Assembly: GCF_000497125.1 (NCBI RefSeq)
Contig: NC_090597.1
Location: 569,797 to 633,796 of the forward strand
Reading direction: 5' to 3'
From: Spironucleus salmonicida
Taxonomy: Eukaryota
Length of the DNA: 64,000 nt
Numbering within the stretch: the stretch's first letter is position 1; the number at the start of each line of letters is the position of its first letter. The translations under genes were made by a program, and so were the position numbers. The notes below the pieces were generated by a model. The model worked only from the letters and a program-made list of their open reading frames with translations. It was not told the DNA's origin and ran no database searches. Shown here in pieces: positions 10,647-23,696 of this stretch.

Positions 10647-12212
10647 TCAGATAAACTCAAACCAATTATTATGCTAACTCGCCATTAGTTAAGCTATACT
10701 TCCTTCCAAATACTCAGTTTACTAACTTTCAATCATTTTAGCATTAAAATCTCGTTTATTAGTTTACTTTTTTAATCTTAACTAAACAGCAGGTTGATCA
10801 TCTATCAAAAGCTTGCTAGTAATTATTTAATTCGGCTCATAATAGTCAAATTTTCGTGCTTTGAAAGAATGGGCCTTCTATCCTTACACATATTTTTATT
10901 TATGCTGTTAAATATCATTGAAAATGCTATTCTTCAATTCTTTCACTTTTTACTCATTAAATGTATGATTTGACGTCCTAGATAAGTTGAGTTTGTTTTC
11001 AATTTATTGTATTCTCGAATTAATCATTTTTTATTTTGGGGATATTTGATATGGTTTCATAATTTAATCTAAAACAATTGAGTGCTTCATAGATGAAATA
11101 CTCTTTTAAGTTTGTATATTTGGTTACTACTATATGGTAAAAGGTATAACTTTTGTATTGTTTGGATTATTTAAAGTAGTAAATTCTTCTTAGCAAAGTT
11201 TTTTCGTAAAACTTTAATCTCCTTAATTTTGAGTATTTAACCTTATAGATTCATTAAAATGTTTCTTCTAAGTTTAGTTAAAAGATGTTTACCTGACCCC
11301 AATTATATCTTATTATGAACTTATAGTGGCAAACGAATTTGTCCTATTACCTCTTCTTGCCTGAGTAAAAGGCAAAGCCTTGCATTTGCTAGGATTATGA
11401 AGATTTGTAAATTCGTCCTAGCATAATTTTCTAGTAAGCTAATGCTCTAGGGAAGGGTCTGGATTCTAATTTATTGTACCGCTAAAGTACTTTTTAGTTT
11501 CATTAAACTACTTCGTAGAAACGCTCTCACGGATAGCCTGCTGGTCGCCTCCACCGTAGCTGACATTCCTATTAACAGAATAATCAAAAGTATTAGCTAT
11601 CATTTTGCTTTACTGCGAAACTCCATTTTCTTGCTTTTGCAAAACCTGCTGACCCGAACGCTTAGGCGCTTAAACCCCCAAAACTTCGCCCGGCCGCATC
11701 TCTTATTTTGCGCTAATAATAAACTTATTCGCCGCTTCCTTATCGCCCTGATTCTCTATAAAACTGGCATTTTCGATGTAAATAAGCTCATCGGTGTTAG
11801 ACAGAGTATCCCGCGACAGCTCTGGCGAATTTATCTTCAAATTGAGCCGTTCGACGATGTCCTTCTGCTTTTTGTATGTGTTCTTTAGATCAGCCGTCAG
11901 CATCAGCGAGTCTGGGCTTTTAGCGTCGGAAAGCGAGCCGAATACGGCGTTTTCCGGGAAATTCTGCCCACGCTTCGGAAGCATTATCGCGTCGAAATCC
12001 GCGGTATTATTATGGTTGAAACTCTCAATTCGGCGCGGCGCGGTGAGCGCGTGCGTGCCCTGCAGGATGAGCAGATCGGAGAACTTGTCCTCCTTCGGCG
12101 GGTCGAGGCGCAGGTTTTTGGCGACCGACTCCTTCCTGACGTAGGTCGCGTGCTGGCTCTGCTTGTGCACAACTTTGAACGAGTAGGGAATATCAGCCAC
12201 TTTGAACGACAT
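10647..12212 (-). CDS. hypothetical protein, 521 aa, with an internal ~45-aa duplication
   Basis: ORF 11703-12212 continues through TAA/TAG to ...HNNWFEFI-TGA at 10647; no other in-frame TGA found by manual reading. Confidence 0.75.
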
Positions 12213-12572
12213 TTTAAAATTTAGAATTTGGTGCGAATGTGTATATTAGAGTATAATAATAATAATATATAATTGTTTTATTCTACTTGACGAGTAATAA
12301 ATGTAAAATAGTAAGGATTTTGCATGTTTTTAGTGATTTTTGGCGTCAGATTTGGGTAGGTAGCGCAGGTTTGTTAGCGGCGTGGAAGACTTCAGATGGC
12401 AGGAATTGGTGTTTTAGGCGAAATTTGGGGCAGAATGCAGCGATTTCGTTCAAATTTGGGGAGCTCAGATTTGAAATGGGATTAATTTTATATAATGTAT
12501 AATAATAATAATCTTTCCAAATTTGTAAATATTAATATAAATAATATATTATTATATACATTTTCACTCCAA

Positions 12573-14270
12573 ATGCTGTTTCTGCTGGCGGTGAACATAA
12601 ACCAGACGTTCAACGCGTACCAGACCGTGCGCGAGAACTGCTACACGGACGACACCGCGATGACCTACAACCGCAACATCAACCAGATCACGGTGGCGCT
12701 GCGCCCGACGCTCAACCCGGCGTGCTTCGCGCTCCCCCGCGGCATCGAGGCGCAGCTGATGCTGAAGAACGACAAGGTCCCCATCCTCTCCAGGGTGCTA
12801 ACGGACTTCTCGTACGCGAACACCACCGAGATCGTGTTCACGCTGGCGGCCACCTTCGACACGGAGACCTTCGCGGTGCTGACGCTGTTCTCCTACTCCG
12901 AGATCACGCAGACGCACATCTTCGTGTTCGACGAGCAGAAGTCCGCGCTGGACCAGTGCTACGCGGTGGACTCCACGCTGGAGGTGAACGCGACGTCGCT
13001 GAACCTCACCGTGACCCCGACGGGGCTGTGCTCGCAGCAGATCGAGACGATAAAGGATGCCACAGACACCACGCTGGTGCTGAACGATCTCACGCAGGTG
13101 AACCTGAACCTCATGGGCACCGTGATCGCCATGAAGCATGCGGACTTCGCGAGCTCGTACGCTACTAAAACTGCCAAGGTGTTCACCATCACCGTGGACG
13201 AGGCGGTGCTGCAGGGCTTCCGGCAGGAGGCGCTCCCGACGGCGACGATCTCGTTCGTGGCGCAGCAGGGCGTCCTCGCGGTCACCTTCACGCACACGGT
13301 GGGGACCGTCAGCCTGCGCGGTCTGGACCTCAGCAGCCTCGGCGCAGATCTTTCCTTCTACCACCCCAACTACGTCGTGCTGGGGCTCTGGGACGGCGCC
13401 TTCCTCACCCGCGTCGAGAACCACCCCGACTTCGACACGAAGCTGCTCGACCTCTACAACAAGCAGACCTTCACCTCGTACGTGCTGCGGCTCACGGGCG
13501 TCCTGGACGGCGAGGTGCTGAGCCTGCAGACCACCGTCGTCTCGAGAAGCTACGAGGCCCACACCAAGGTGCGCCGCTTCACCTGCACGCAGGGCTCGAT
13601 GGCCGAGCAGGAGGCGTGCGCGCGCTTCCACCAGCGGGCGACGCAGACGCAGGCGGCCTTCGTGTACGACACGCTCTTCTACAACGGCAACGCCTTCGTC
13701 TTCGGCGAGGAGGTGCGCCTCTACGAGGTCCCATCCTGCTGGAAGTCCGCCGTCATGCAGCGCGGCGGCAGCCAGCTGTGCGTGCAGCTCATCACGGGCG
13801 GCAACCTGGACGTCTGCGGCTCGGTGCTGCCCGAGGACGCCGTCGTGCAGACGATGCTCACCTTCCAGTTCATGAACCTGGAGACCGACGAGAACTTCTC
13901 CCTGCCGAAGTTCTACGTGCAGCAGTCCATCCAACTCTCCCGCCGGAACGACCAGTACTGCATCGACTGCGACGCCCTGGCACCGACACAGCGCGGCTAC
14001 TGCTACGCCAACAAGCAGATGCTCGCCGAGAGCAAGGGCAACGTGTACGCGAACGTGATGTTCGACAGCGAGGACCCCGCCTACTTCTTCATGCCGTCGG
14101 GGCTCGTCGTCGTCACGCGCCGCACCAGCAACTTCGACTACACCGGCCAGCACCTCGCCACCTTCCTGGTCGGCGGCGCCTTCATCGCGGCATGCGTGGT
14201 CATGACCGTGATGGGCATCGTGCAGGTCGTGAAGACCGTCCGGCGCGCCAGGCACAGCAAGAAGAAGTGA
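12573..14270 (+). CDS. single-pass membrane protein of unknown function, 565 aa (copy 2)
   Basis: Start taken at ATG 12573 (MLFLLAVNINQ), after TTTTCACTCCAA and matching copy 1; 5 aa differences from copy 1 beyond the N-terminus. Confidence 0.85.
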   Translation: MLFLLAVNINQTFNAYQTVRENCYTDDTAMTYNRNINQITVALRPTLNPACFALPRGIEAQLMLKNDKVPILSRVLTDFSYANTTEIVFTLAATFDTETFAVLTLFSYSEITQTHIFVFDEQKSALDQCYAVDSTLEVNATSLNLTVTPTGLCSQQIETIKDATDTTLVLNDLTQVNLNLMGTVIAMKHADFASSYATKTAKVFTITVDEAVLQGFRQEALPTATISFVAQQGVLAVTFTHTVGTVSLRGLDLSSLGADLSFYHPNYVVLGLWDGAFLTRVENHPDFDTKLLDLYNKQTFTSYVLRLTGVLDGEVLSLQTTVVSRSYEAHTKVRRFTCTQGSMAEQEACARFHQRATQTQAAFVYDTLFYNGNAFVFGEEVRLYEVPSCWKSAVMQRGGSQLCVQLITGGNLDVCGSVLPEDAVVQTMLTFQFMNLETDENFSLPKFYVQQSIQLSRRNDQYCIDCDALAPTQRGYCYANKQMLAESKGNVYANVMFDSEDPAYFFMPSGLVVVTRRTSNFDYTGQHLATFLVGGAFIAACVVMTVMGIVQVVKTVRRARHSKKK

Positions 14271-14301
14271 CGGAGCGCTTCACTCAGGTCGACATGCACG
14301 G
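12586..14301. repeat. right arm of the inverted duplication
   Basis: Reverse complement of 5211-6926. Confidence 0.95.
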
Positions 14302-15088
14302 GACATGTTGCGACATTCAAAATCTAGGTTCTGAATACCGTGAAAGGACCGCCCTCGCTGTACCTAGCACGAGCAGGAATGACTTTATTCGTATGATTCT
14401 TCTTTACTATGAGTTTGCCTTTCATGACTGTGACCGACGAAGACAAACTCCTTATTTTCTAAGCCAGCAACTTTAATTATCAAGCATTATCATAAACGAG
14501 AAATTGAGTTTTAACAAGATAGTTTTTATTAAAAATCCCAAAATTAAGTATTCCAATGCACTAATTTTCGGAAAATAAGCACGCCGATAAGAATACTTTT
14601 CCCGTATTTCTAACAACTTCCAGTACTCAACTCACTCAACTCACAATCTTCAACTGTAATTTCCTCACCGCTCCATAAAATAACTGATATAACAACTGAT
14701 ATAAACATAAAAACTGATATAATGCAAACTACCATATTACAAAGCTCACTTTACCCCCCTTTCAGCTTTCTATTCTGTCCCTTCCCAGCCCTTTAAAACG
14801 CAATCCCTCGCCGGTTCGCGCTGCAAAACTTTACGTCCTTCGCCGCCATCGCGAAACCTAAAGTACAGTCTCAAGATTTTTTATAGTTGGTGTCAAAACG
14901 GAGCAATTTTGCCCCATTTGGCCCCCAAACGCCTCGAAATTCGCGCAAAAATGGCGGCTCCAGGCGTTGAGGATCGCGTGCAGATTTTAATGTGAAGAGT
15001 CGGGCGCGCGGATAGCGGCTTTCTTGGGATGCAGCTCGAGGTTATGAGGAAAAGCTGCAGACGGAGCGAGCTGACAATACAAAATAAA

Positions 15089-16321
15089 TCATTAAATCCC
15101 GTGGAAATCTCTTACGACGGTAGGGGCCTTCACAGACATCTTGCGGACTAGGAACACAACGAGCACTACAATTACAGCTAACAGGATGGCAATTGCTATT
15201 GAGCAGCCAATAACAGCAGAGTTTGAGGCCTTAACAAGAGAAAGCTAGCACTGGTCATCATTGCAAACATAACCTTACTCACAAGGCTTGTTATTTGAGC
15301 CGCAAACACACAAAGAACCGTCTTTGTAGATGCTCAAGCCTTCAACACATTAGAGGCATAAGTTTGGCTGTGAAGGGTTGCAAGTATTGCAACCAAAAAT
15401 AGTCAAGCATGAAAAATTTGCAACACACTAGAGTTTGGTTGGAGATATAGTGTAGCCAGTATCACACGCATAACAAAGGCGACCATCGCTCCTATAACAG
15501 CTTCTGCAAGACGAAATCATCACGGGATACGTAAGACAAGCATTTTTCTAAGCACAAATATGAGTGTAAGGGGTACATTAATATCCTGATTAACAGGGAA
15601 GATTGCTACCAAGAGCACATTCACAAACAGTTTTCGCTATATTTAAAATAAGTCCATCAGAGCACTTAGCACATTTGGTGTTGTCGGTCTCGTCACAAGC
15701 ATTACAAGAGGTAAGTGTAGAACAAGTTGAAGTAGATTGGCACGCCCCAGCTTTGGTAAGGTAGAAACCTGAGGCACATGCATAGCAATTTTAGTGATTG
15801 TTATAATCACAGATTTTACAATTATTTATTGTTGACAAACAAGAATTATTAGTCTGGCAAGTCCTGGTTAAAGCTGAGCAGGTTGAACCACTAGGACATT
15901 CAGCTCTACTTTCAGCCACACATTCACAGATCATGCCATCAGATGATGGGTTAAGGTTAGATTAACAAATTCCACATTATGCAGGAGTAATATCACTGCA
16001 AGCTTTACATTTTCTGATTCTTTGACAAGGCTTAAGGCTGATGCAGGCTTTTTCAGTTAAAGAAGGATAATATCCTTCAGCACACTTATAACATTCTGAG
16101 TGGTTGAAATATTTGCATGCAATACAATGAAGAGTACTGAGACATTCGTTAAGTGGTACGCACTTTTTAATCTCTGTTGCACAGCTTTAATTTAAAGGAC
16201 AAACAGTACCAGTGTTATGTTCGCATTCACATTAATTAGTCGTGGTGTTAAGATTTAAGAAGAAAGCACATTTAGTGCATTTATTATCTGCACTGTATTC
16301 TAAACAGTTGGCGATGGACAT
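15089..16321 (-). CDS. cysteine-rich membrane protein (CXXC-rich, VSP/CRMP-like), 410 aa
   Basis: MSIANCLEYSADNKCTKC..., many CXXC, TM AVIGCSIAIAILLAVIVVLVVFLV then RKMSVKAPTVVRDFHGIQ-TGA; 1233 nt with TAR=Gln. Confidence 0.85.
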
Positions 16322-17557
16322 TATAGAAGAAAGGGAAAAAATAATAATACATAAACTTATATTAAAAAACGATTTAGGTGTTCATTTTTGAAACTTCTCC
16401 GGCAAAACCGGAGATTGACCTAATAATGAATTATATTATGTAGCTCTACTTTTATCAGTAAAATTATAAATTATCTGAAATTACATTGTAAATAATGAAT
16501 ATTAAATGATATTCATATTACTAAAATAAATTTGTGGTTCAACAAAGAATTATTAATATTTTATATATTAAATTAATAAACGATAAGATTATTCGCTGAA
16601 GATAAATATCGTTCAATAATTTTAATAAATCCAGTTACCATTTCTATTGTATTTATTGTAGTATAATTATTTATTAATATTCATAATATATAATTTTATT
16701 ACCTATGATAACTATTTATTTAATTAATATTATACACTGTGTATTGATATAAACTAAGCGATGAAAGAATGCATCTTATAACATTCTATTAATATGATGA
16801 CTAAAATAACGATTTACAGAACTGCTCACTTCGTTAGAGACTATAATCCTACACTTTTATTTGATACCAATATAATATCACAGTTGATCTTATTTTAATC
16901 TTTAGTCTATTTTATATTCTGATAGCAGGTATTTTAAAGTAATTATTAACATAATTAAACTAATAGTCAACCTAACTCTATCCTTAAAATACTTCACTAA
17001 AATTTAATAATAAACATAGCATAACAATTAGTCAAAACTATTTATAATCATAGCATATAATCTAAATACAGCTCACTAATCAATTTAAATAATATCTTCC
17101 GAGTACTAATTTCAATCTAGCTCAGAGAAATAGTAATTATTATAATTTCATATCGATCTTATTTTATATCACTATTTTTAATTTATAACAGTATCTATTT
17201 CTAGAGCAAACATTACTATAGAAAACATACATTTTAATAAATTACAATAAATTGATCCAGAATTTAAAATTATAATCAAACTATAATAATATCATCAACT
17301 TTATATAACCACATATTGCAGTACCTATTTTGCGCTTTGCAATTGCCAACTCACTTTGATACGATTTTCCTCCTTAATTTTCACAAAATAATATTATATA
17401 TTTAAATATAAAGTTTGTTAGATTTTTTATGACGTATAGTATAAAATTATTTGTATATTATATAATATTTGAACCTTTATCGCTCCATATGAAATCTAAA
17501 ATAAACACTATTATATAGTTTTACTTATAGAAACTTCCTTTCCAACTTTCCTCAAAT

Positions 17558-18493
17558 ATGTCAATCTCAGACAAATACACCTTAACCGACAAGGTCCTCG
17601 GCAAAGGCTCGTTCGGCGAGTGCATACTCGGAATCGACAAGGAGACGAACAAGGAAGTCGCAATCAAGATCATCAAGCAGCAGGGCGCCAACATGCAGAT
17701 GCTCGTCCGCGAGATTTCGGTTTTGAAGCGCTGCGACCACGAAAACATCATCAAATTCTTCGGATTTTTTGAGGAAAACGGCAACATCTACCTCGTCACG
17801 GAGCTCGCAAAAGGCGGCGAGCTCTTCGACCATATTGTCCGCAGAAGAAACTACAGCGAGCTAGACAGCAAAGCGCTCGTCAGGCAGATCCTGAGCGCGC
17901 TCTGCTACCTGCACAGCAACAACGTCGCCCACCTCGACCTCAAGCCCGAGAACCTGCTCCTCAAGGAGGTCCCGGAAAACTACGACGAGAAGCACTACAT
18001 GCCGCTCATCAAACTGGCCGATTTTGGCACCTGCCAGATGTTCGGCAACGAGGAGAGCCTCCAGAAGGTCCTCTGCGGCACGCCAGGCTACGTAGCGCCC
18101 GAGGTCCTGCTCTAGAAGAAGTTCACCGTCCAGCCGGACATGTACTCAGTCGGCGTCATCACGTACGTGCTGCTCGCTGGGCAGCTCCCGTTCGATGACA
18201 GGGACATTAAGAAGATGATCAGGAAGCAGATAAAGGGCGACTGGCATTTCACGAAGATTTTCGACGAAATTTCGCCTGACGCGAGGGATTTCATCAGCAA
18301 ATTGATGGATTTGGACCACACGAAGAGGCCCACCGCCTTCGAGGCCATAAAGCACCCCTGGATCGTCACGGAGGTCAACACCGTGCAGCTCACGCAGAGC
18401 AAGACGGAGATGAGGAAATATCTCGCGAAATTGAGGTTGAGGGCCGGCTTTGCGACCGTAGCCGCCGCAGCCAGATTTGCGCAGATGGAGTGA
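17558..18493 (+). CDS. Ser/Thr kinase, CAMK group (CaMKI-like), 311 aa
   Basis: GKGSFG, VAIK, GGELFD, HLDLKPEN, DFG and GTPGYVAPE motifs; two ORFs joined by TAG=Gln at 18113; basic amphipathic tail (MRKYLAKLRLRAGFATV) resembling a CaM-binding segment. Confidence 0.93.
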
Positions 18494-18684
18494 GCGGGTT
18501 TGAGATGCGGAAAATGATTTTTTCTGTAAATTTCGATTTTGGAGTGGGAAATCGGTGTTTTTGTTGAGATGGTGCCAATTCGTCATGTTGGATCAGATGC
18601 TAATCGCGCGTGGATTTAATTGCGGTGTAAAGTGGGCGGGTGTGTTAATTTGGTGGGAAAAGTGTTAATAGTCAAATGCAAATA

Positions 18685-18790
18685 ATATAGTTATTATTAT
18701 TATATTATATAATTATTATAATATTATAATATAATTATTTTATATTTATATAATTATTATATTATAATATAATAATTATATAGTTATAAA
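18685..18790. repeat. AT low-complexity tract (ATTAT/TATAA-like units)
   Basis: Almost pure A/T imperfect short-period repeat downstream of the kinase gene. Confidence 0.7.
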
Positions 18791-19373
18791 ATGTAGAAAC
18801 TGAAAATGCTTTACCTTAGTTTATTATTCCTATTGTTGAGGATCAGTTTTCTAAAAGCAATGGAGTGTATTATTTTTGCATTCGTTAGATTTTAACTAGC
18901 TGTGTGAAATTAATTACTTGAGCAATATAAGAATAATAGTACCACAGTAAATGCACTAAAATTGTAAAGGATATATGAGATGCTGGAAAGAAAGGCAGAA
19001 TTTCATATAAAATATAGTATATAGAAATAGTAACATAATTTTTTGAGTATATAATAGCGAAGAGCAGGATTGTAGAATTTAGTTTACTTACACTTATTAA
19101 ACAGAAAACTAGCAAAGAAACGTTACTGAAATCCATAAGACTATAATAAATATTTGTAGCATTAGTTAAGAAGTAATATTAGTTATAAATTATAGAATTT
19201 AGCAAACTTTTTAATATATAAAAATAATATATAGACATTTTTTCGGAACCATTGCAATACTTTCATATCTTATAATTATAATTAATTAGTCTGGATTATA
19301 AATAAAAATTAATGAATAGTATTAGAACCTTAAATAATTATTGTATGGAAATGATTTCTTTGTTATTACTAAA

Positions 19374-20749
19374 ATGACAAAAATTAATCTCGATGATGCC
19401 ACTAAGCAGTTGCAATACACGATTTTAGAAGATACTGATGCATCAGTAAAATAAAAATATAGCACAAATACATTAGCATGGTGGATATTTTTACTTTTTG
19501 GAATAACATTTTTAATTTCGTTTAATTGTTTAATTATACCTGTAGATTATTGGATCATTGAGTTCTATAAGTCCTTAGTTACATGAATATCGCTAGTTTA
19601 TAACTTCTTTAATGCTATTACATCTATAATAATGATGAAATATTGAGTTACCCTCACAGTAAAGTTTACACTCATCTTATGTTGGTCAATTTAGTTACTC
19701 GTTATGCTATCAATTCCATTGGTTGCAGTAATAACTATTCACTAAAAATGCGAGTAACGACAATTCTCATATTGTCTGAATTCTCTGGAGCTTTTACTGT
19801 TGTTTATTTTCCAACTATTCTTGGTCTAGCAGCATCATTAAATGTTAAATATATAATTTCTGTTAATAGTGGGTCTGCACTCGCTGGTTTAATAGCATAG
19901 ATAGTAAAAATTTTACAAAACCAATAATAACATTTAACATTAAAGATCTTAATTATGTTTTTACCTTTTCTATATCACAATCTTATATTATGTTATACGA
20001 TTATTTTTATAATAGGATCATATATTGGATATTTTTTGTTAACAAAAATTTGTACAATAAAATAAATTGATTTTGATGCAAAAGAACGAAAAAAATTTCC
20101 TATACCATATTATCAATAATAAATTTCTTAAAAACTAGGAAAATACATTTATTGCTGCTGCAAAAAATTTATGGATGCCTGGATTATCATTATTTTTAAT
20201 CTTTTTTGTTACATTAACTTTATTCCCTCCAGTTACTATTTAAATCCTATGTTATTATATGTTTAAAATAAACGAATCAGGAAAATATGGCAATTGGTAG
20301 TCGATTCTTATGTTTTTATGGTTGGTGATTGGATTGGAAGATAGATACCATCATGGAATTGGTTTATAGATATTTGGAACTTAAAATCCTTATTGGTCGC
20401 ATCAATTCTTAGACTTTTATTTATTGGCTTATTTATAATATAAATAGTTCCATATTACCATTGTCCAGAGTGCTCTAGTAGCCCTGCATTAAAGGATGAA
20501 ACACCTGATAGCATCCTTTTAGTTCATAATGACTTATTTGCGTAGATAATTATTATGTTATTTGCGGTTTCAAATGGCTGGTTCATGTGTGCAATACTAT
20601 GTAAATATAAAACAATAATGAAACCTATAACAAACCGTAGTCATGCTGTTAATTTTATGACATTATGCCTTAATATTTGAATACTAGTATGTAGTATTTT
20701 CGAAGTATTTTTGACTATTATTATTGATAAAATTAAAAATAATTTCTGA
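19374..20749 (+). pseudogene. equilibrative nucleoside transporter (ENT/SLC29) pseudogene
   Basis: ENT-like motifs LGLAASLNVKYIISVNSGSALAGLI, IFFVTLTLFPPV, FMVGDWIGR, LFAVSNGW; in-frame TGA at 19584, 19644 and 20678 plus frameshifts (first near 19740). Confidence 0.8.
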
Positions 20750-21882
20750 CACTGCTATGCTTGCTGATAGGGTGTTAATGAACGTTTACATTTAATAAAA
20801 ATATAATATACAAACATCCTATATTTTAATTTTACAATATTTAGTATTTAAAAGGTAAATTAAATATAGCATAAAATATTAAATAATCTTATTTTTTGCA
20901 TATTTAGACTTAAGTATGACAAATAAATTAAAATTATAAATTATGCATTATACTATTTAGTAGTATATATATTAAAAAATTAATATAAAATTATTCAAAA
21001 TTAACTACCTTATTAATATATTTCTTAGCAATTTGTATCAGAAAAATTACATTTTCAGCTTAATAATATTTGATACCGTTAAGTTGATCGCTATACACAA
21101 TTAATATTATTACGGTCAATATGAACAATAATTTAACATGTATTAATGAATGGTAACAAGAGAATATAATTTTATTAATTATGTTTATAAAAGATATACA
21201 ATAACTTTGTATTATGATAGGTCCTTGAATAATTTGGCGTATACCTGAAATACAGTAAAAAGACGTCTTACTATATCATAAATAAATAATAAATTAGTCG
21301 AAAAGTAATGTAAAATATAAATTTATATTAAAATGTATATAGTTTTGAGTATAATATAGAATACAATCCATAAAATATTAGTTAATAAAATTATAAATAT
21401 TGTAGTACAAAAAGTACTATTGATAATTACGTAAAATGCTAAAGATTAGAAAAATGTTATTGATTTTATCGAGTAAATATAAGGTTCTAAAGAGTACTGA
21501 CAAAATTTTTGTCTGTTTGCTGATTAAGCAATAACTTGGAATGTTCTTATTACTAATTTATTTTTAATAAATATATAAGATCATTTGTGTTTATCCTGCA
21601 AACCTTATACGTTTTTTTTAATTTTAAAGAAATGGTTTTAGTTAATAATTGCATCCTCATTATATATATCTGAAATTCTTAGTTAAATATAAGTGATGAT
21701 TAATATGTTGATAAAATTCTAATGACGTAGTCTTTAAGACTACTAGAATACATAATACCAATATAATATTAAATTAAGATGAAATCTTCTCAATACAAGA
21801 CTAGTTATCAAAGAGATAATATTGTGGAAATTAAATAATTATATATATAAAATGTGAATTAGAATGATAACACCTAAATTTT

Positions 21883-22665
21883 TCATTAATTCTCACCATT
21901 AGAAGGCAATTACTCCTACGTCAACACACGTTCTGAAAGCAATCTCTTGCCAATTTGATTTAATCTATACCTTACCTGAATATCTGTTCGCCCATTAACA
22001 AGTTGGGCTATATCTTTCCAATTTCTAGTTTAACAGGTTTTTACTGCTTAGATTAACATTTAGTCTTCTTATACACTCCATCTACCTTTTTAAATTTCTG
22101 GATTCAGAACTCTAATCCAATGCTATGAAACTTAATCAGCTGTTCTTAAAGGAGTATTTGTGGCTTATGATAACATAATAGCGACTTACTTCCAAGATAA
22201 ATCTGTATATTACTATTTTATTACACATAACTGATCATCCTCCATTTCGTTCCATTTATAATTTTTCCTACGTAATGTATTAGTATTCTCCAATTATGAA
22301 TTAGAAAGATTAGATTACGATGACTCATTAATATTTATACTTAATCTAGTACTAGTTCTCGCTCCATCTTGCTACTTTTATGTATTTTAAGAATGTGAAA
22401 AAGAATTTACAAAATCCGGATTAGGTACTGGAAAGAAGTCAGTATTTATAGGAATAAACTGTCGTTACGAACTATTCTTTTCATAAAGGGGAATTAGTCG
22501 ATGCATCTGTTATGGAGGATTCTCATCTGAAGATATAGACGTGTTAATCATGACTTAAGGAATAGAATTCTGCTTATTTTTTTAATTAATATCTCCAAAA
22601 TTAGCGTCCCAAGGCATAAATTCCGTCTCCTATGAGTGCGAATCGCTTAATGAACAATTTGTCAT
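21883..22665 (-). CDS. R2R3-type Myb transcription factor, 260 aa
   Basis: Absent from the ORF track. C-terminal KWNEMEDDQL...SWKQVA...RTADQVSQHWIRVLNPEIQKGRWSVQEDQMLIQAV...NWKDIAQLVNGRTDIQVRYRL; low-complexity N-terminal half. Confidence 0.9.
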
Positions 22666-23696
22666 TCTTTCTCAATACTATTGATTAATATATAGTATTT
22701 AATAATATTTACTATATAGTTATTTTGTAGTTTTAGTCCATATTATAATATCTATGAAATATACCACTCTATGGATAAAGTGATGAAGGATAAATTAAAG
22801 TTAAACGATATCCAAATTTAGTATGATGAACTAAAATGTATAGCTTTAAAATATACCATAGAAATGAAGTTTATTATAATAGAATCTCATTACTTAGAAT
22901 GAATATATTAAATATTATAGTTTAACTTAAAAAATAAAAGTATTATAATCATACGCAATAAATTCATTACTTTCACTAAGAATTAAAATAGTAATATTTT
23001 ACACTACATATTTTGTAAAAAAACGAATAACAAGCATTATGTAAAAAATAGAGAATTATTAAAAAGTTACAATTTTAAGATTTACTCTAATAATATCATT
23101 TAATCACATATATTGTGAATTTAAAATCAACTATTTTCAATAAAAATAGTCTGATATGTATTATATTAGGTTGGTCTCGAATTATTTTTTCATTCTATGT
23201 AATGTATAGAGAAATTTTAATTTATTATATTTCTATATATAAGATCTATTTATTCTTAAAAATATAAAATTCTATCAGTAAAAATAATTTGTACACATTG
23301 ATATTAATGATAAGAAATACAACTATTATGTAAAATTGTTTTTAACATATTATGTTAGTAATTTAATGATAATTTATAGATTTATAATTATTACATAATG
23401 GGGTTATATTTTTAATTGCACGATATTTTATTATTTATTATTTAATTTATACATACGTAAAAATAAAATATATTATCAAGAATATTCTGAGACTAGGGAC
23501 TGTAAGTTATTTAAATGAATACTAACTAAATTTTCCATGTTATAGGCAAATAAATATTATTTTATTATAAAATATAGTAGCAAAGAATATATGTAGTTTA
23601 GTCAATTACTTAGGATAATACTATTACTAGTAGTAAATAATCAAAAAAAAATTAAATATTAACAGATTAATGATAATCTTAGTAAATATAATCAAT

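Noticed and set aside
12495-12572. N-terminal extension MYNNNNL... of the copy-2 membrane protein
   Set aside because: AT-rich promoter-like DNA absent from copy 1; ATG 12573 matches the paralog's start.
19584-19646. TGA read as Trp or Sec in the ENT gene
   Set aside because: The same gene has frameshifts and a TGA at a probable Gly position, so decay is simpler; intact genes use TGG for Trp.
21000-21870. Coding-like AT-rich stretch on the plus strand
   Set aside because: TGA in all frames and no recognisable motif; long open stretches arise by chance with one stop codon.
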